DNA from: a virus
Virus record (IMG/VR): IMGVR_UViG_3300025117_001212
DNA: 28,895 nt
Reading direction: 5' to 3' (one strand)
Translations under genes and position numbers: made by a program
The notes under the pieces: model-generated
What the model saw: the letters and a program-made list of their open reading frames with translations, nothing else
Databases searched by the model: none
What the model was told of the DNA's origin: nothing
Shown: in pieces, positions 7,328-16,714 of the stretch
Position numbering within the stretch: the stretch's first letter is position 1
Layout: each line of letters starts with the position of its first letter

Positions 7328-8630
7328 TCATTAGTTTTTCTACATATTTTAACGTCATAACTTTATATAGCAGATCTACTAATATTCCTATATTTGCATC
7401 ACCATCCCTGTTTTTGTCTAACCATATTTCTGCTTGTTTATCATCTAATTGTTCTTGTGTTTGGCTAATAGTTAGGACGATATCTGATAATCTTGGTTTA
7501 TCATATGATTCACTAAATGATTCTTGTCTAACCTTTTTCCCTTTTGCGTCTGCCTTGGCATGGGTGGTGCAAAAAATTGGGATGCTTCTAATTTCAGTCT
7601 GGCGCTTTATATCTGTATATGTTTTCTTAACTTCAAGTCTATATGACTCACGTTTTTTTGAAGGCAACATATGATCTGGTGAATCGTAAACTATAAAATC
7701 TGGTTCCCAATCTTCTTTTATTTTAAAGTCTCTTAAGAGAGCTTCTACATCAGTAACGCTAACCGTATCTATAGGAGCATGAATTACTTTAAGATAATAT
7801 GATTTCAATCTCCTATATTTTCGCATGGTCTTGTTTGCAAGTGCAAGTAATCTTTTAGACCATATAAAATCTTTAACATTGAAATATGGATATTTTAAAA
7901 ATCTAGAGTCATATCTATCAAGAGTTTGCTTTGCTGTATTTTCATACACAAAATGTGCAACTCTAAATCCACTATTTATTGCAGCAGCTCCTATATTGAT
8001 TGATGATATACTTTTACCAACTCCTGAGGTCCCCATCATCAATGCCATTATAGGAATTCCTGTTTTTATTTTCATATAATCATCTAGGTCGCCAAGATCA
8101 GTTATTAGCCTAGTAGTTTTTTTAGATAGCCTTTCAAGTTTTCTTTCTTTCTGTCTCTTTTTCCATTCTTCGAAATGTGAAAACACTTCAAAATCAGAAT
8201 CAGATATATCAAATAAGAAAGATGATTTTATTAGTTCTTTACTTTCACTTAATTTCCCTTCAGATCCTAGCTCAGATGCTTGTTCAAGTAGTTGGCCGAA
8301 TCTTTGTTTTTCGGCCCATTGATAGATTTCATCTGCTATTCCTTTAGATCCACTTACTTTGTGATCAAATAAGGGAAGAAGTCTTTTTCTAAAGGCTGAC
8401 CTCTTATCTTCTGATAGCCTTTTATTTATATCTAGAAGAAGATACTTTTTCGATATCAATTCACCATCGAAATTTTCATAATGATTAAAAGCTAATTTGC
8501 AAAGGTATCTATAATACTTGGTAGTAAAAAACGTATGGTCTATTATCTTGCGAAATCTAGAGACCAATTGTTTATCTCTTAAAAAAAGAGATAAAATATC
8601 TTTCTGTAGTATCTTATCAATTTCTGCCAT
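7287..8630 (-). CDS. Replicative DnaB-like (SF4) helicase
   Basis: Walker A GTSGVGKS, catalytic YEN, PDFIVYD, SES..K...SD, DKNRDG. Confidence 0.85.
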   Translation of the reverse strand: MAEIDKILQKDILSLFLRDKQLVSRFRKIIDHTFFTTKYYRYLCKLAFNHYENFDGELISKKYLLLDINKRLSEDKRSAFRKRLLPLFDHKVSGSKGIADEIYQWAEKQRFGQLLEQASELGSEGKLSESKELIKSSFLFDISDSDFEVFSHFEEWKKRQKERKLERLSKKTTRLITDLGDLDDYMKIKTGIPIMALMMGTSGVGKSISSINIGAAAINSGFRVAHFVYENTAKQTLDRYDSRFLKYPYFNVKDFIWSKRLLALANKTMRKYRRLKSYYLKVIHAPIDTVSVTDVEALLRDFKIKEDWEPDFIVYDSPDHMLPSKKRESYRLEVKKTYTDIKRQTEIRSIPIFCTTHAKADAKGKKVRQESFSESYDKPRLSDIVLTISQTQEQLDDKQAEIWLDKNRDGDANIGILVDLLYKVMTLKYVEKLMIGGGETNESEDDD

Positions 8631-8631
8631 A

Positions 8632-9000
8632 TCAACCTACTATGAAATGATTATGTACTATTCCATAAATTATAAAAAATATGAGTACATAAACAAAAAT
8701 GCCTATAAATATTTCATTAGGAGTAGTTGAATCTATATTATGTCTTCCCTTGCATTTATAACATATCCAGAAACTTTCTTGTTCTTCAATATATATACGA
8801 TTACAATTACAGCATTTGTGAGTAATTACTTCCTTAAAAGCTAAGGATCTGGTCCCACAACATTTTCCCCATGATTTATTACTTAAGAATAAATTGTACC
8901 ACCTTTTAAATGGAACAATTTCATTCTTTATTTTTATTGAATAATTATGTTTATGTATATTCCTAAATAATTTTTCCTCAGTATATTTATTCATATTCAT
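8632..9000 (-). CDS. Cys-rich protein with C-terminal TM helix and MNxYT leader
   Basis: (MN)MNKYT start; CCNC and CYKC; hydrophobic C-terminus. Confidence 0.65.
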   Translation of the reverse strand: MNMNKYTEEKLFRNIHKHNYSIKIKNEIVPFKRWYNLFLSNKSWGKCCGTRSLAFKEVITHKCCNCNRIYIEEQESFWICYKCKGRHNIDSTTPNEIFIGIFVYVLIFFIIYGIVHNHFIVG

Positions 9001-9602
9001 TATCTCCGAAAATATCCTGCCAAGTCTAGTGCTGATTTAATATCCGATAAAAAATCTTTATTAGTCTCTATTGTATTGTTTCTCAAAACATAAGATGGGT
9101 GATAAGTGTAAACTATTTTGAATTCTTTTGATAATCTAGTCCATTCTTGCGTAGTGCCACGATATATGGTTACTGGTAAATAGACACCAGTCATTGCCTT
9201 CCAAGCTACCTTGCCTAAGACTAGAATTACTTTAGCTTGTGATAATTCAAATTGCTGATATAAATATTTTCTACACTCTTTTATTTCATCATAACCTGGA
9301 TTCCTATTATTCGGGGGTCTACATTTTATCAAATTGAGTATTAAGAAATCTTCTCTTTCAAACCCAAGAGCATTTATGGTTTTGAATAATTTTTTCCCAG
9401 ATCTTCCAACAAAAGGTTTTCCAGATAAATCTTCTTCAGACCCCGGGCCTTCCCCGAGTAATATAAGTTTTGCTAGTGGGTTCCCACCATGTGGAACTAT
9501 TTTTGTTCTCGTCTTGCCCAATCGACAATCTTGGCAATTCGCCGGAACGATTTTTGAGAATTTGTATTTTAGAAGTAGCTTTTTCAAATTCTTTGAATGC
9601 AT
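9000..9602 (-). CDS. Uracil-DNA glycosylase, family 4 (Fe-S); start uncertain (9602 or 9638)
   Basis: CQDCRL, GEGPG, GKPFVGRSG, KCRPPNNRNP, EC, YHPSYVLR. Confidence 0.92.
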   Translation of the reverse strand: MHSKNLKKLLLKYKFSKIVPANCQDCRLGKTRTKIVPHGGNPLAKLILLGEGPGSEEDLSGKPFVGRSGKKLFKTINALGFEREDFLILNLIKCRPPNNRNPGYDEIKECRKYLYQQFELSQAKVILVLGKVAWKAMTGVYLPVTIYRGTTQEWTRLSKEFKIVYTYHPSYVLRNNTIETNKDFLSDIKSALDLAGYFRR

Positions 9603-9792
9603 TTGCAATCTCTTTTGTTGTAATTGAACAAAATGCAAAAGAATCTATTAGATTATACATTACAGTGGGTGAGGGCCTCATGGCTATTGCCATTCTTTCA
9701 AAAACTTTCTTATATTTTTCGTATAGTTTTCTGTTTGCTTTTCTTTGTTCATATAATTTTGGATTAGTTTTTAGAAGAGTATAATCATTCAT
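9436..9792 (-). CDS. Hypothetical protein with MNDYTL leader; 3' end overlaps the UDG gene
   Basis: ATGAATGA overlap with the upstream stop; N-terminus paralogous to 10014..10205. Confidence 0.6.
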   Translation of the reverse strand: MNDYTLLKTNPKLYEQRKANRKLYEKYKKVFERMAIAMRPSPTVMYNLIDSFAFCSITTKEIANAFKEFEKATSKIQILKNRSGELPRLSIGQDENKNSSTWWEPTSKTYITRGRPGV

Positions 9793-10024
9793 AGCTATCA
9801 CTTTCTTCTTTATGTTGTCTTTCTATTGCACAATCAATCGCTTCACGTACTGATTTCTTCCATTGGTTCTTTTTTATAAAGAAAGTTGTCTGGATATCAT
9901 TTGGAACTTCTAACGGAACATCTTGTATTCCTTCTACCACACAAGCAAAATGCCCTCTGTCATCAGAAATTACTGAGTAACAATCTTGTTCTTGCAGCCA
10001 ATCTAATCTTTCTTTATCCTTCAT
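9785..10024 (-). CDS. Hypothetical phage protein
   Basis: Coupled ORF; D.ERLDWL...REAID pattern common in small phage proteins. Confidence 0.65.
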   Translation of the reverse strand: MKDKERLDWLQEQDCYSVISDDRGHFACVVEGIQDVPLEVPNDIQTTFFIKKNQWKKSVREAIDCAIERQHKEESDSYE

Positions 10025-10205
10025 GGCTAATTATCCTTTCATTATTTTCTAAAAAGGTAATATCTGCCTTGCCTCTAAGATGGTAAGTATTTGTTTCAAA
10101 ATCAAAATAGACACCTTTCTTAGCTAGTTGATCACTAATAAATCTATTTCTTTTTATTTTTTTATATAGCTCAGGATTTTCCCTCATTAAAGTATAATCA
10201 TTCAT
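10014..10205 (-). CDS. Hypothetical protein with MNDYTL leader
   Basis: MNDYTLMRENPELY; ATGA overlap. Confidence 0.65.
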   Translation of the reverse strand: MNDYTLMRENPELYKKIKRNRFISDQLAKKGVYFDFETNTYHLRGKADITFLENNERIISHEG

Positions 10206-10507
10206 TTTATTAATCTCTTTTCTATTTTATGAAAATCAATTAAAGCATCTGCAATGGTTAGCAATTTGTTGATATTGTAAATAAAAGAAATTACGTCATC
10301 AAAATTTGGGGCTTCAAAAGGTGGATCAGTTTCAGTACCATAATCATTAAAATAAATACCTTCATTAGCATCTGTATTCATTCTATCAATTCTATATTTT
10401 AACCTTTCTACTTCAATTAATGCACCTAACATGATTTCTTTTATCAATTCAATTGTATCTAAATCTATTAAATCCTCAATTAATGGGTCATATTTAGTAT
10501 ATCTCAT
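10202..10507 (-). CDS. Hypothetical protein (start revised to ATG 10507)
   Basis: AGGAGG RBS precedes ATG 10507. Confidence 0.65.
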   Translation of the reverse strand: MRYTKYDPLIEDLIDLDTIELIKEIMLGALIEVERLKYRIDRMNTDANEGIYFNDYGTETDPPFEAPNFDDVISFIYNINKLLTIADALIDFHKIEKRLIK

Positions 10508-10517
10508 TATTTTCCTC

Positions 10518-11309
10518 CTATTCAAAGAATGATTTGATATAGTCAAGTTTATCTACTCTCATATCTGTATCAACAAACTTGAATGGCGCAAATGCTTCGT
10601 TTAACAGAGATTCCATTGGTGAGCCAAAGTTCTTATATATCTCTTCAGTTGTTTTGTAATTTGAAATTATTATGGTTGGTTTACCAGCTTCAAATCTTTG
10701 TTTACATATAGACGAAAATTCTGAGATCATCAATGGAGTTACTCTGCTTACAAGTGATAACTCATCTATTACCAATAAGTCTACATTAATTATTTCCTTG
10801 AATAGAGGTTTTTTTTCGTCATCATTATAACTTTCAATCAAGAGAGAAATTAGATCCTTGAAATAGATATAATAGCAATCATAATTTTTGTTAATAAGGT
10901 TTGCTATTACATACATTCCAGCAACGGTCTTACCACTACCTGGATGCCCAAAAAACATCAATCCTAACCCATTGCTTCTAGCTTCTTCAAATTTATTAAT
11001 GTATCTTTTAATTACTTTCTTATAAAGAGATGTTTGTTTACCATTTAATGGATTTACTACGACTCTTTTTTTGATATTACCTGTTAGAAGTTTTATTCTT
11101 TTGATGGGAATATTAGACATTATAATTTTCTTGGTATTGAAAAATTCTTTCTTACATTCGCAATCCTTATAGGGTATTAAAATACCATTACTATTTCTAT
11201 CTACAGGAAGATATCCTTCGCCTCCGCATTTATCACATGCCAACATTTTGTTTCTAAACTTACTTATTCTGTTATAGAACAATTGATATCGATAAGTCGT
11301 CGCCATCAT
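10518..11309 (-). CDS. DnaC/IstB-like AAA+ ATPase (helicase loader) with N-terminal Zn finger
   Basis: CDKC.G.G...CEC, GLMFFGHPGSGKT, VDLLVIDEL, R...KPTIIISN. Confidence 0.85.
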   Translation of the reverse strand: MMATTYRYQLFYNRISKFRNKMLACDKCGGEGYLPVDRNSNGILIPYKDCECKKEFFNTKKIIMSNIPIKRIKLLTGNIKKRVVVNPLNGKQTSLYKKVIKRYINKFEEARSNGLGLMFFGHPGSGKTVAGMYVIANLINKNYDCYYIYFKDLISLLIESYNDDEKKPLFKEIINVDLLVIDELSLVSRVTPLMISEFSSICKQRFEAGKPTIIISNYKTTEEIYKNFGSPMESLLNEAFAPFKFVDTDMRVDKLDYIKSFFE

Positions 11310-11971
11310 TTAAACCTATTGATTCTCTTTGTAATGAAATCTGAATGTAAATCATGTTTAACAACCATATCATTTATACCTATCTTTTGATATCTTATAG
11401 GAACTGGCTTCCCCCATTTCTCTTTATATTCAGATGGATAAGTTGAATATCTGTATCTCCACATCATGCTTCTGCTTGATAGAAATTTAGAGCAATTAAT
11501 GATATTAAATTCTGAATTCATAAATCCTACAAAGTTAGAATACATTATGTTATGCTTATCCCATTTGAGATATTTGTAAACAGTTCTATATACGAATACC
11601 TGATAATAATTAACTGGTATTGAATATATTTCTTCTATTCTTCTTCTTATTCTCTTTAACTTACTTTTTTCAAAAGAAGTCCAAGATTTGTAACCAGTAG
11701 CACTTGCGATTAATGATAAGAAATACCTATTCAAATAAGATGTATAAATTCTTTGTTTCTCACGAGATTTTCTTCGTTGGTCAGCCATCCTAGCCCGTAT
11801 GATTCTGCGAACGGCTACAGCTTCTGGATCTTTTTTTGTATTATTTTCTATTTCATCGAGTGTTGCAATGCATAATTCATCAGAATCTATATTAAGACAT
11901 AGTTTGTCAAGATTAAATTTTCCCATTCTTACTGATGATTTTAACTTCCTTGATCCGTTCATCAATAACAC
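11306..11971 (-). CDS. Basic hypothetical protein, possible replication initiator (start may be 11926)
   Basis: Position directly upstream of the DnaC-like loader; no motif recognised. Confidence 0.55.
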   Translation of the reverse strand: MLLMNGSRKLKSSVRMGKFNLDKLCLNIDSDELCIATLDEIENNTKKDPEAVAVRRIIRARMADQRRKSREKQRIYTSYLNRYFLSLIASATGYKSWTSFEKSKLKRIRRRIEEIYSIPVNYYQVFVYRTVYKYLKWDKHNIMYSNFVGFMNSEFNIINCSKFLSSRSMMWRYRYSTYPSEYKEKWGKPVPIRYQKIGINDMVVKHDLHSDFITKRINRFK

Positions 11972-13571
11972 CTTTCAATTCATCAATATTGTCAACATAA
12001 ACAATTTCAAATTCTTCTTCGGATTCATAAGTTCCTATTCTTTCAAGCGCATGTGAGGCTAGATGTCTATTATTAACATCACATATATCAATCCAAAAAA
12101 TCCTCTGAGTTTCTTTTCTATCTATGTCTTTAGCAAGTTTAGGTTTAACTTTTCTAAGTATTCTACCGATTTGTTGAATAACTGTTCCTTCATACTTAAG
12201 AGCGCCAGCTCTAATTCCTGCATTAGCTTCTGGAAAATCTAATCCCTCGTTAATAATTCTAGTACAAACTATATGCCTTAATCTGCCTTTCTTAAAATCC
12301 TGAATATTTTTAGATCTATCTAATACTTTATTTTCACCCTTCATAAAAACTGATTGTTGCACACCAAACTCTCTAGCTTTTTGATTGATTAAGTGGCCCT
12401 GATCAATTGATTGAACAAAAGTAACACTAGAAAGATTATAATCATCTAGGACCTTTATAATTTTGCTAATCAATTGATTTCTATGTTCATTGTTAGCTAC
12501 GAGTACAGAATATGATTTAATATACTCTGAAGTATTCGATTCTTTCTTTTTTTTCTTATGCCTATTTAATTTATTATATTTTCTATCTATATCTTTTTCA
12601 CTAAAATCTTCTGAATATTGGAAAATAATGATTGTTGGTTTGGCGAGCCATCCATTTTTAATTCCTGAAGAAATAGATTTTTTATATATGATATTACCAG
12701 TCACAGCTTTTAATATCATATCTCCTTCTGTTTCGGCTCTTTTATATGTAGCTGTAGTTCCTATACAAAGAGCAACATTATTTGCTAGACCTATTACTGA
12801 TTTGAAAGTTTTTGCAGGTGAATGATGTGCTTCATCTATAAAAAGAACATCTGTATTCCTGATGTCTTTGATTGCTTTTTTGTTATTTGAATTTATTCTT
12901 TCTGCCAGGGTATTAATACTGGCGACTGTTATCCTACCACGGTCATTAACACCACCACCTAACATGCCAATATAAATTCCTTGAAAGGCTCTTATTTGTT
13001 CTCTTAATTGTGAAATTAATGATATTCCCGAAGTAATAACTTTGATATTTAGCTTGTAATCAGTAGCTTCATCTATGGCCTTAATAATCATATTGATAAT
13101 GATTGTTTTACCACCGCCTGTAAATATATTAATAATTCCATATCTTAAATCAATGGCTTTAGTTGCTGCTCTAATCTGATATTTTCTGGCTCTTTGTCTT
13201 TTAATTCTCATCAAATCAAGAACTGGTTCGAGTGGATCTCCATTAAATTTGATGATAGGTCTGTTATCATTTATTTTGACCTTATATTTAAATTTTATCA
13301 ATATTTTTTCTACATCTTTTAAAAATCCAGTTGGAAATGTTTGCATCCTTGTGCTAAACATTCTTATATATCCATCCCATTTTTTTTCCTTAAAGGCCCT
13401 AGAAAAAATAGCCCCATCAGGAAAATATTTCATCTTATCAGATATCTTAGTTTTTATTGCAGGGTGAACATATCCTATTATTTTAGAATGATTGCTACCA
13501 ACTAGAATTGAAACCTTCTTAGAAGAAGATTTTGTTCTTTTGAAGGACTTAATTTCTTTTAAGAGATCCAC
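11913..13571 (-). CDS. Superfamily 2 DEAH helicase (UvsW/ResIII-like)
   Basis: RKYQ, TGGGKT, FIDEAHH, TAT, EGLDFP, QQIGRILR. Confidence 0.9.
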   Translation of the reverse strand: MDLLKEIKSFKRTKSSSKKVSILVGSNHSKIIGYVHPAIKTKISDKMKYFPDGAIFSRAFKEKKWDGYIRMFSTRMQTFPTGFLKDVEKILIKFKYKVKINDNRPIIKFNGDPLEPVLDLMRIKRQRARKYQIRAATKAIDLRYGIINIFTGGGKTIIINMIIKAIDEATDYKLNIKVITSGISLISQLREQIRAFQGIYIGMLGGGVNDRGRITVASINTLAERINSNNKKAIKDIRNTDVLFIDEAHHSPAKTFKSVIGLANNVALCIGTTATYKRAETEGDMILKAVTGNIIYKKSISSGIKNGWLAKPTIIIFQYSEDFSEKDIDRKYNKLNRHKKKKKESNTSEYIKSYSVLVANNEHRNQLISKIIKVLDDYNLSSVTFVQSIDQGHLINQKAREFGVQQSVFMKGENKVLDRSKNIQDFKKGRLRHIVCTRIINEGLDFPEANAGIRAGALKYEGTVIQQIGRILRKVKPKLAKDIDRKETQRIFWIDICDVNNRHLASHALERIGTYESEEEFEIVYVDNIDELKGVIDERIKEVKIISKNGKI

Positions 13572-13989
13572 TTATTTTCCTTCTTATTACAATTAGTCCA
13601 ACAATTCCTGAACCTAATAGTACCATAGATATGGGTTCTGGTACAGATTTAATTTGTATTTGATCACCAACTATATAATGAATTAATATTTCAAATGCAA
13701 TTATTCTATTAATTTGTTTTTGAATTGGAATATCTTGCCGTAATTCTACAAAAAAATACTCACCTTTTAAAAATGGAACAAAAGTCATAAAACCATTATT
13801 ATCTTTTGGACGAAAAATTACATTGATATCTGGCTCCCATCCATCATCCCAAACAGTAGCTTCTCCTGGGACAAATAGAAATAGAATCATTAAAATGATT
13901 ATTAGTAATATAATAATCCCCATAGTCCAGGGATATTGGTATTTTGGTTTACGATTAACTTTTAAATCAGGCCAAGTATCGAATCTCAT
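13549..13989 (-). CDS. PEP-CTERM sorting-domain protein with N-terminal signal/TM segment (start revised to ATG 13989)
   Basis: C-terminal VPEPISMVLLGSGIVGLIVIRRK; N-terminal hydrophobic helix ending PGEA; AGGAG RBS and ATGA overlap. Confidence 0.8.
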   Translation of the reverse strand: MRFDTWPDLKVNRKPKYQYPWTMGIIILLIIILMILFLFVPGEATVWDDGWEPDINVIFRPKDNNGFMTFVPFLKGEYFFVELRQDIPIQKQINRIIAFEILIHYIVGDQIQIKSVPEPISMVLLGSGIVGLIVIRRKISGSLKRN

Positions 13990-14459
13990 TTGTCTTTCTC
14001 CTTTATGGATTTTGGCCGATCCATAATGATGATTTGCGGTTCTCCATCTTTTAAAATTCCATGATATGCTATCCTCCATCCTTCATCGTATTTTTTCATA
14101 ATTCTCTTTAGTGAAATTTTACCACCTTTCATTACATATGTCTCATAGAATTTTTTGTTCTTTATTTTTGATGATATCAATTGATTAGCTAAATTATCTA
14201 ATCTATTGAAATAACCATTTTCTAATAATCCTGTAATTTCTGATTTTAATTTTGCTTTAGCTTCTTCAAGATTCGATTCTACTTCTCTTGATATCTTACC
14301 TTTAATTTTCTTTCTGAAAACTGAAACAACTTCTGGCCTTATGGTTTCTATAAGTTCATCATGTAGTTTTTTGACCCTCTTTAAAATTTTATCTTGATTT
14401 TCTTCAATTTCATGAATTTTCTTCCTCATTTTTCCTTTTTCTGAGGATTGTTTTTTCAT
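13986..14459 (-). CDS. Hypothetical coiled-coil protein
   Basis: GGAGG RBS; K/E-rich helical N-terminus. Confidence 0.65.
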   Translation of the reverse strand: MKKQSSEKGKMRKKIHEIEENQDKILKRVKKLHDELIETIRPEVVSVFRKKIKGKISREVESNLEEAKAKLKSEITGLLENGYFNRLDNLANQLISSKIKNKKFYETYVMKGGKISLKRIMKKYDEGWRIAYHGILKDGEPQIIIMDRPKSIKEKDK

Positions 14460-15210
14460 CTTTCCTCCAATATCTTTTTATAGTATTTCTAATTATTTTA
14501 GAAGATATATTAACCGCTCTTGTATTTACTTCCAAAAAATCTGCCACTATTTCTGCAGATGGATAGCAGCAATTCGTTGCAGGTTTTCTATGATTTCCGT
14601 TGGCAGCTCTTACGCGGCAATTAGATTCAAATCTTACGAATTTGGTAAAAATTTCAGGAGGGTTATATAACAGATCAAATACTTTTCTTGAAAATGTTCT
14701 TTTCTTCTTTATGAATCCAGTAGGAGTATATATTGTTTGATTTAATCTTTCTTTTATTTCCTTAACACATTCTTCATACAATATATTATTTTCAGGATTA
14801 TCATCGTCATCTTTAGATGATAATGTATCACATAATAAAACATCTTCCTCTACTTTAGAATATAAATTGATGTGTTTGATCTTAGTTTTAGGTTGGCCGT
14901 TGGTTCCGTATTTTATAAATAGATTAGTCTTAGCTACTTTTAATCTATTTATAAAATATCTTTTGGACAATGTAATAATATATGATGTTAGTGCAGCTCC
15001 TTTTTCTTGTTTATAAGTATGTAAGTTCTTAAGTAAATGTAGCCTTAACTCTTGTTCTAAGTCGCATCTTTCAATTATTTGATCAAATTTTCTAAGCGAT
15101 AACCACCGATATGCTATCATTTTAATAAGTTCATTATGTGCTTCTACTACATCATTGACATATAATTCTTCGCCGTTATACCATATTTTCCTTCCTTTTT
15201 TATTTGGCAT
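14410..15210 (-). CDS. Sigma-70-family RNA polymerase sigma factor (phage-type)
   Basis: Region-2-like DLEQELRLHLLK...YKQEKGAALTSYI; region-4-like SAEIVADFLEVNTRAV. Confidence 0.7.
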   Translation of the reverse strand: MPNKKGRKIWYNGEELYVNDVVEAHNELIKMIAYRWLSLRKFDQIIERCDLEQELRLHLLKNLHTYKQEKGAALTSYIITLSKRYFINRLKVAKTNLFIKYGTNGQPKTKIKHINLYSKVEEDVLLCDTLSSKDDDDNPENNILYEECVKEIKERLNQTIYTPTGFIKKKRTFSRKVFDLLYNPPEIFTKFVRFESNCRVRAANGNHRKPATNCCYPSAEIVADFLEVNTRAVNISSKIIRNTIKRYWRKDEKTILRKRKNEEENS

Positions 15211-15266
15211 TACACTCCCCTCCTTATAATCCCTCCATGGTTGATAATCCTGCCCAGGAGTGTAAT
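15209..15266 (-). promoter_or_regulatory. Leader hairpin covering the translation start of the sigma-factor gene
   Basis: Perfect 10-bp inverted repeat ATTACACTCC / GGAGTGTAAT (arms 15209-15218 and 15257-15266). Confidence 0.6.
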
Positions 15267-15267
15267 T

Positions 15268-15981
15268 TTATCCCTTTAAAACACGAAGTGCTATTTCCTC
15301 TTCTGTTATATCTGGATTTTGTTTGATGGCAGTTATGGCTCTTTCTTTTGCTTTATCCCTAGGAACACCTAGTGTCTTAGATACACTATTAATGATTTCG
15401 TTAAATTTTTCAAGACGTTTATCGATATCAACCATTTCTGCTGTTTCTTTTTCATAAGAATCAAAAATATTTGATATTTCAGGAGAAACATTTATTGTAT
15501 CTAATTCATGTCTGCCATACTCACCAACATTATATTCTAAGATATCATTCACAGATTTGCTTGAATTCATAGTAATAGATTGTTCATCACACTTACAATT
15601 TATTTTGTGATGAGAACATGTTTCGCAAATATTAGATATTGATACTATGAGGAATTGGGTGGGGTTCACTACTACGAATGTTGATTCGGTCATTTTGACC
15701 TGGAGTGTTCCAATAGCTAAATCTTCAAACTTAACTAAGAATGACACTGAAACATAATTGAATTTTTTTGCAATTGTTTTTCGTACACCATATTTTCCTA
15801 CAAAAAGTTCGCCATCCATGGATACTAAAAAATCTGTTATATCAGGGATTATTACAAGTTTTTTGGGATCTAAAATGATTTTATTTGACAATATTCGTTC
15901 AAGATAATTACGAACATGCCTTGGGCCATCTTCAACAACGTACTTTGGAATCTCAGGAACAAATAGTTGCCGTTTTGACAT
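15268..15981 (-). CDS. Hypothetical protein with central CxxC...C motif
   Basis: Coupled ORF (TGATG overlap). Confidence 0.65.
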   Translation of the reverse strand: MSKRQLFVPEIPKYVVEDGPRHVRNYLERILSNKIILDPKKLVIIPDITDFLVSMDGELFVGKYGVRKTIAKKFNYVSVSFLVKFEDLAIGTLQVKMTESTFVVVNPTQFLIVSISNICETCSHHKINCKCDEQSITMNSSKSVNDILEYNVGEYGRHELDTINVSPEISNIFDSYEKETAEMVDIDKRLEKFNEIINSVSKTLGVPRDKAKERAITAIKQNPDITEEEIALRVLKG

Positions 15982-16271
15982 CAGATTTCCCTTTCTTTAT
16001 CTAAAGATTTTTTGAGGTCTTCTATCTGTTTATCGATGTCTTCTTCTCCCATACATTCACACTCTAATTCATCTCTATACTCTTGAAGAATTCTTTCTAT
16101 TTCTATTTCTTTTATTGCATTTATGTCAGCTATTTCATTTTCTTTTTCTATTATTTTATTTTCTAAATATTCTGTATCTCTTATTGAATATAAAACAGAT
16201 TTTGCAGCTTCTTTGATATCATTACCAATTAATTTTAGATTACTGACCAGTTCCGAAATAAGATTTGGCAT
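15981..16271 (-). CDS. Hypothetical acidic coiled-coil protein
   Basis: GGAGG RBS. Confidence 0.65.
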   Translation of the reverse strand: MPNLISELVSNLKLIGNDIKEAAKSVLYSIRDTEYLENKIIEKENEIADINAIKEIEIERILQEYRDELECECMGEEDIDKQIEDLKKSLDKEREI

Positions 16272-16289
16272 AAGGTTAATCCTCCAGAA

Positions 16290-16526
16290 TTATACACATC
16301 CGTCTTCAAAATGATTATAATTATAAGATTGTTTGTGTGTTGTATGATTATCGTTGGCTGAGATTTTTGGCTGGCATTCTTGCTTTGTTGTTTCTAAGTT
16401 ATTTTCAATCCATTTATCTATACTTACTTCATTAAGATCAATTATTTCTAAACAACTTGGACATTGTACTTGCCCAAACCCCCATTCAATACTCTCAAAT
16501 TGATGACCACACTTTGGACATCTCAT
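16290..16526 (-). CDS. Zinc-ribbon protein
   Basis: CPKCG...CPSC; GGAGG RBS; promoter upstream. Confidence 0.7.
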   Translation of the reverse strand: MRCPKCGHQFESIEWGFGQVQCPSCLEIIDLNEVSIDKWIENNLETTKQECQPKISANDNHTTHKQSYNYNHFEDGCV

Positions 16527-16560
16527 GGCTCTCCCTCCCTTTTATATATTCCGCATTTAT

Positions 16561-16589
16561 ATTATACCACATACAAACAAGTATTGCAA
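16561..16589 (-). promoter_or_regulatory. Sigma-70-type promoter with extended -10
   Basis: TTGCAA-17 nt-TATAAT with TGTGG before the -10 box; AT-rich upstream. Confidence 0.75.
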
Positions 16590-16633
16590 ATAAATTACAG
16601 TTTATTCAATATGTTATATGTGAAATTTACTTT

Positions 16634-16714
16634 TTAGTTTTTTATAATCGTAACAAGGACCCATGCAATTACAATTGCTATTATTATTCCAAAAATTGCT
16701 TCAGGCCAATTCAT
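16634..16714 (-). CDS. 26-aa single-pass membrane peptide (not in ORF track)
   Basis: MNWPEAIFGIIIAIVIAWVLVTIIKN; ATGA overlap; AGGAG upstream. Confidence 0.55.
   Translation of the reverse strand: MNWPEAIFGIIIAIVIAWVLVTIIKN

Noticed and set aside
10518-11309. IS21 element from the IstB-like ATPase
   Set aside because: No IstA transposase or inverted repeats; context fits a helicase loader.
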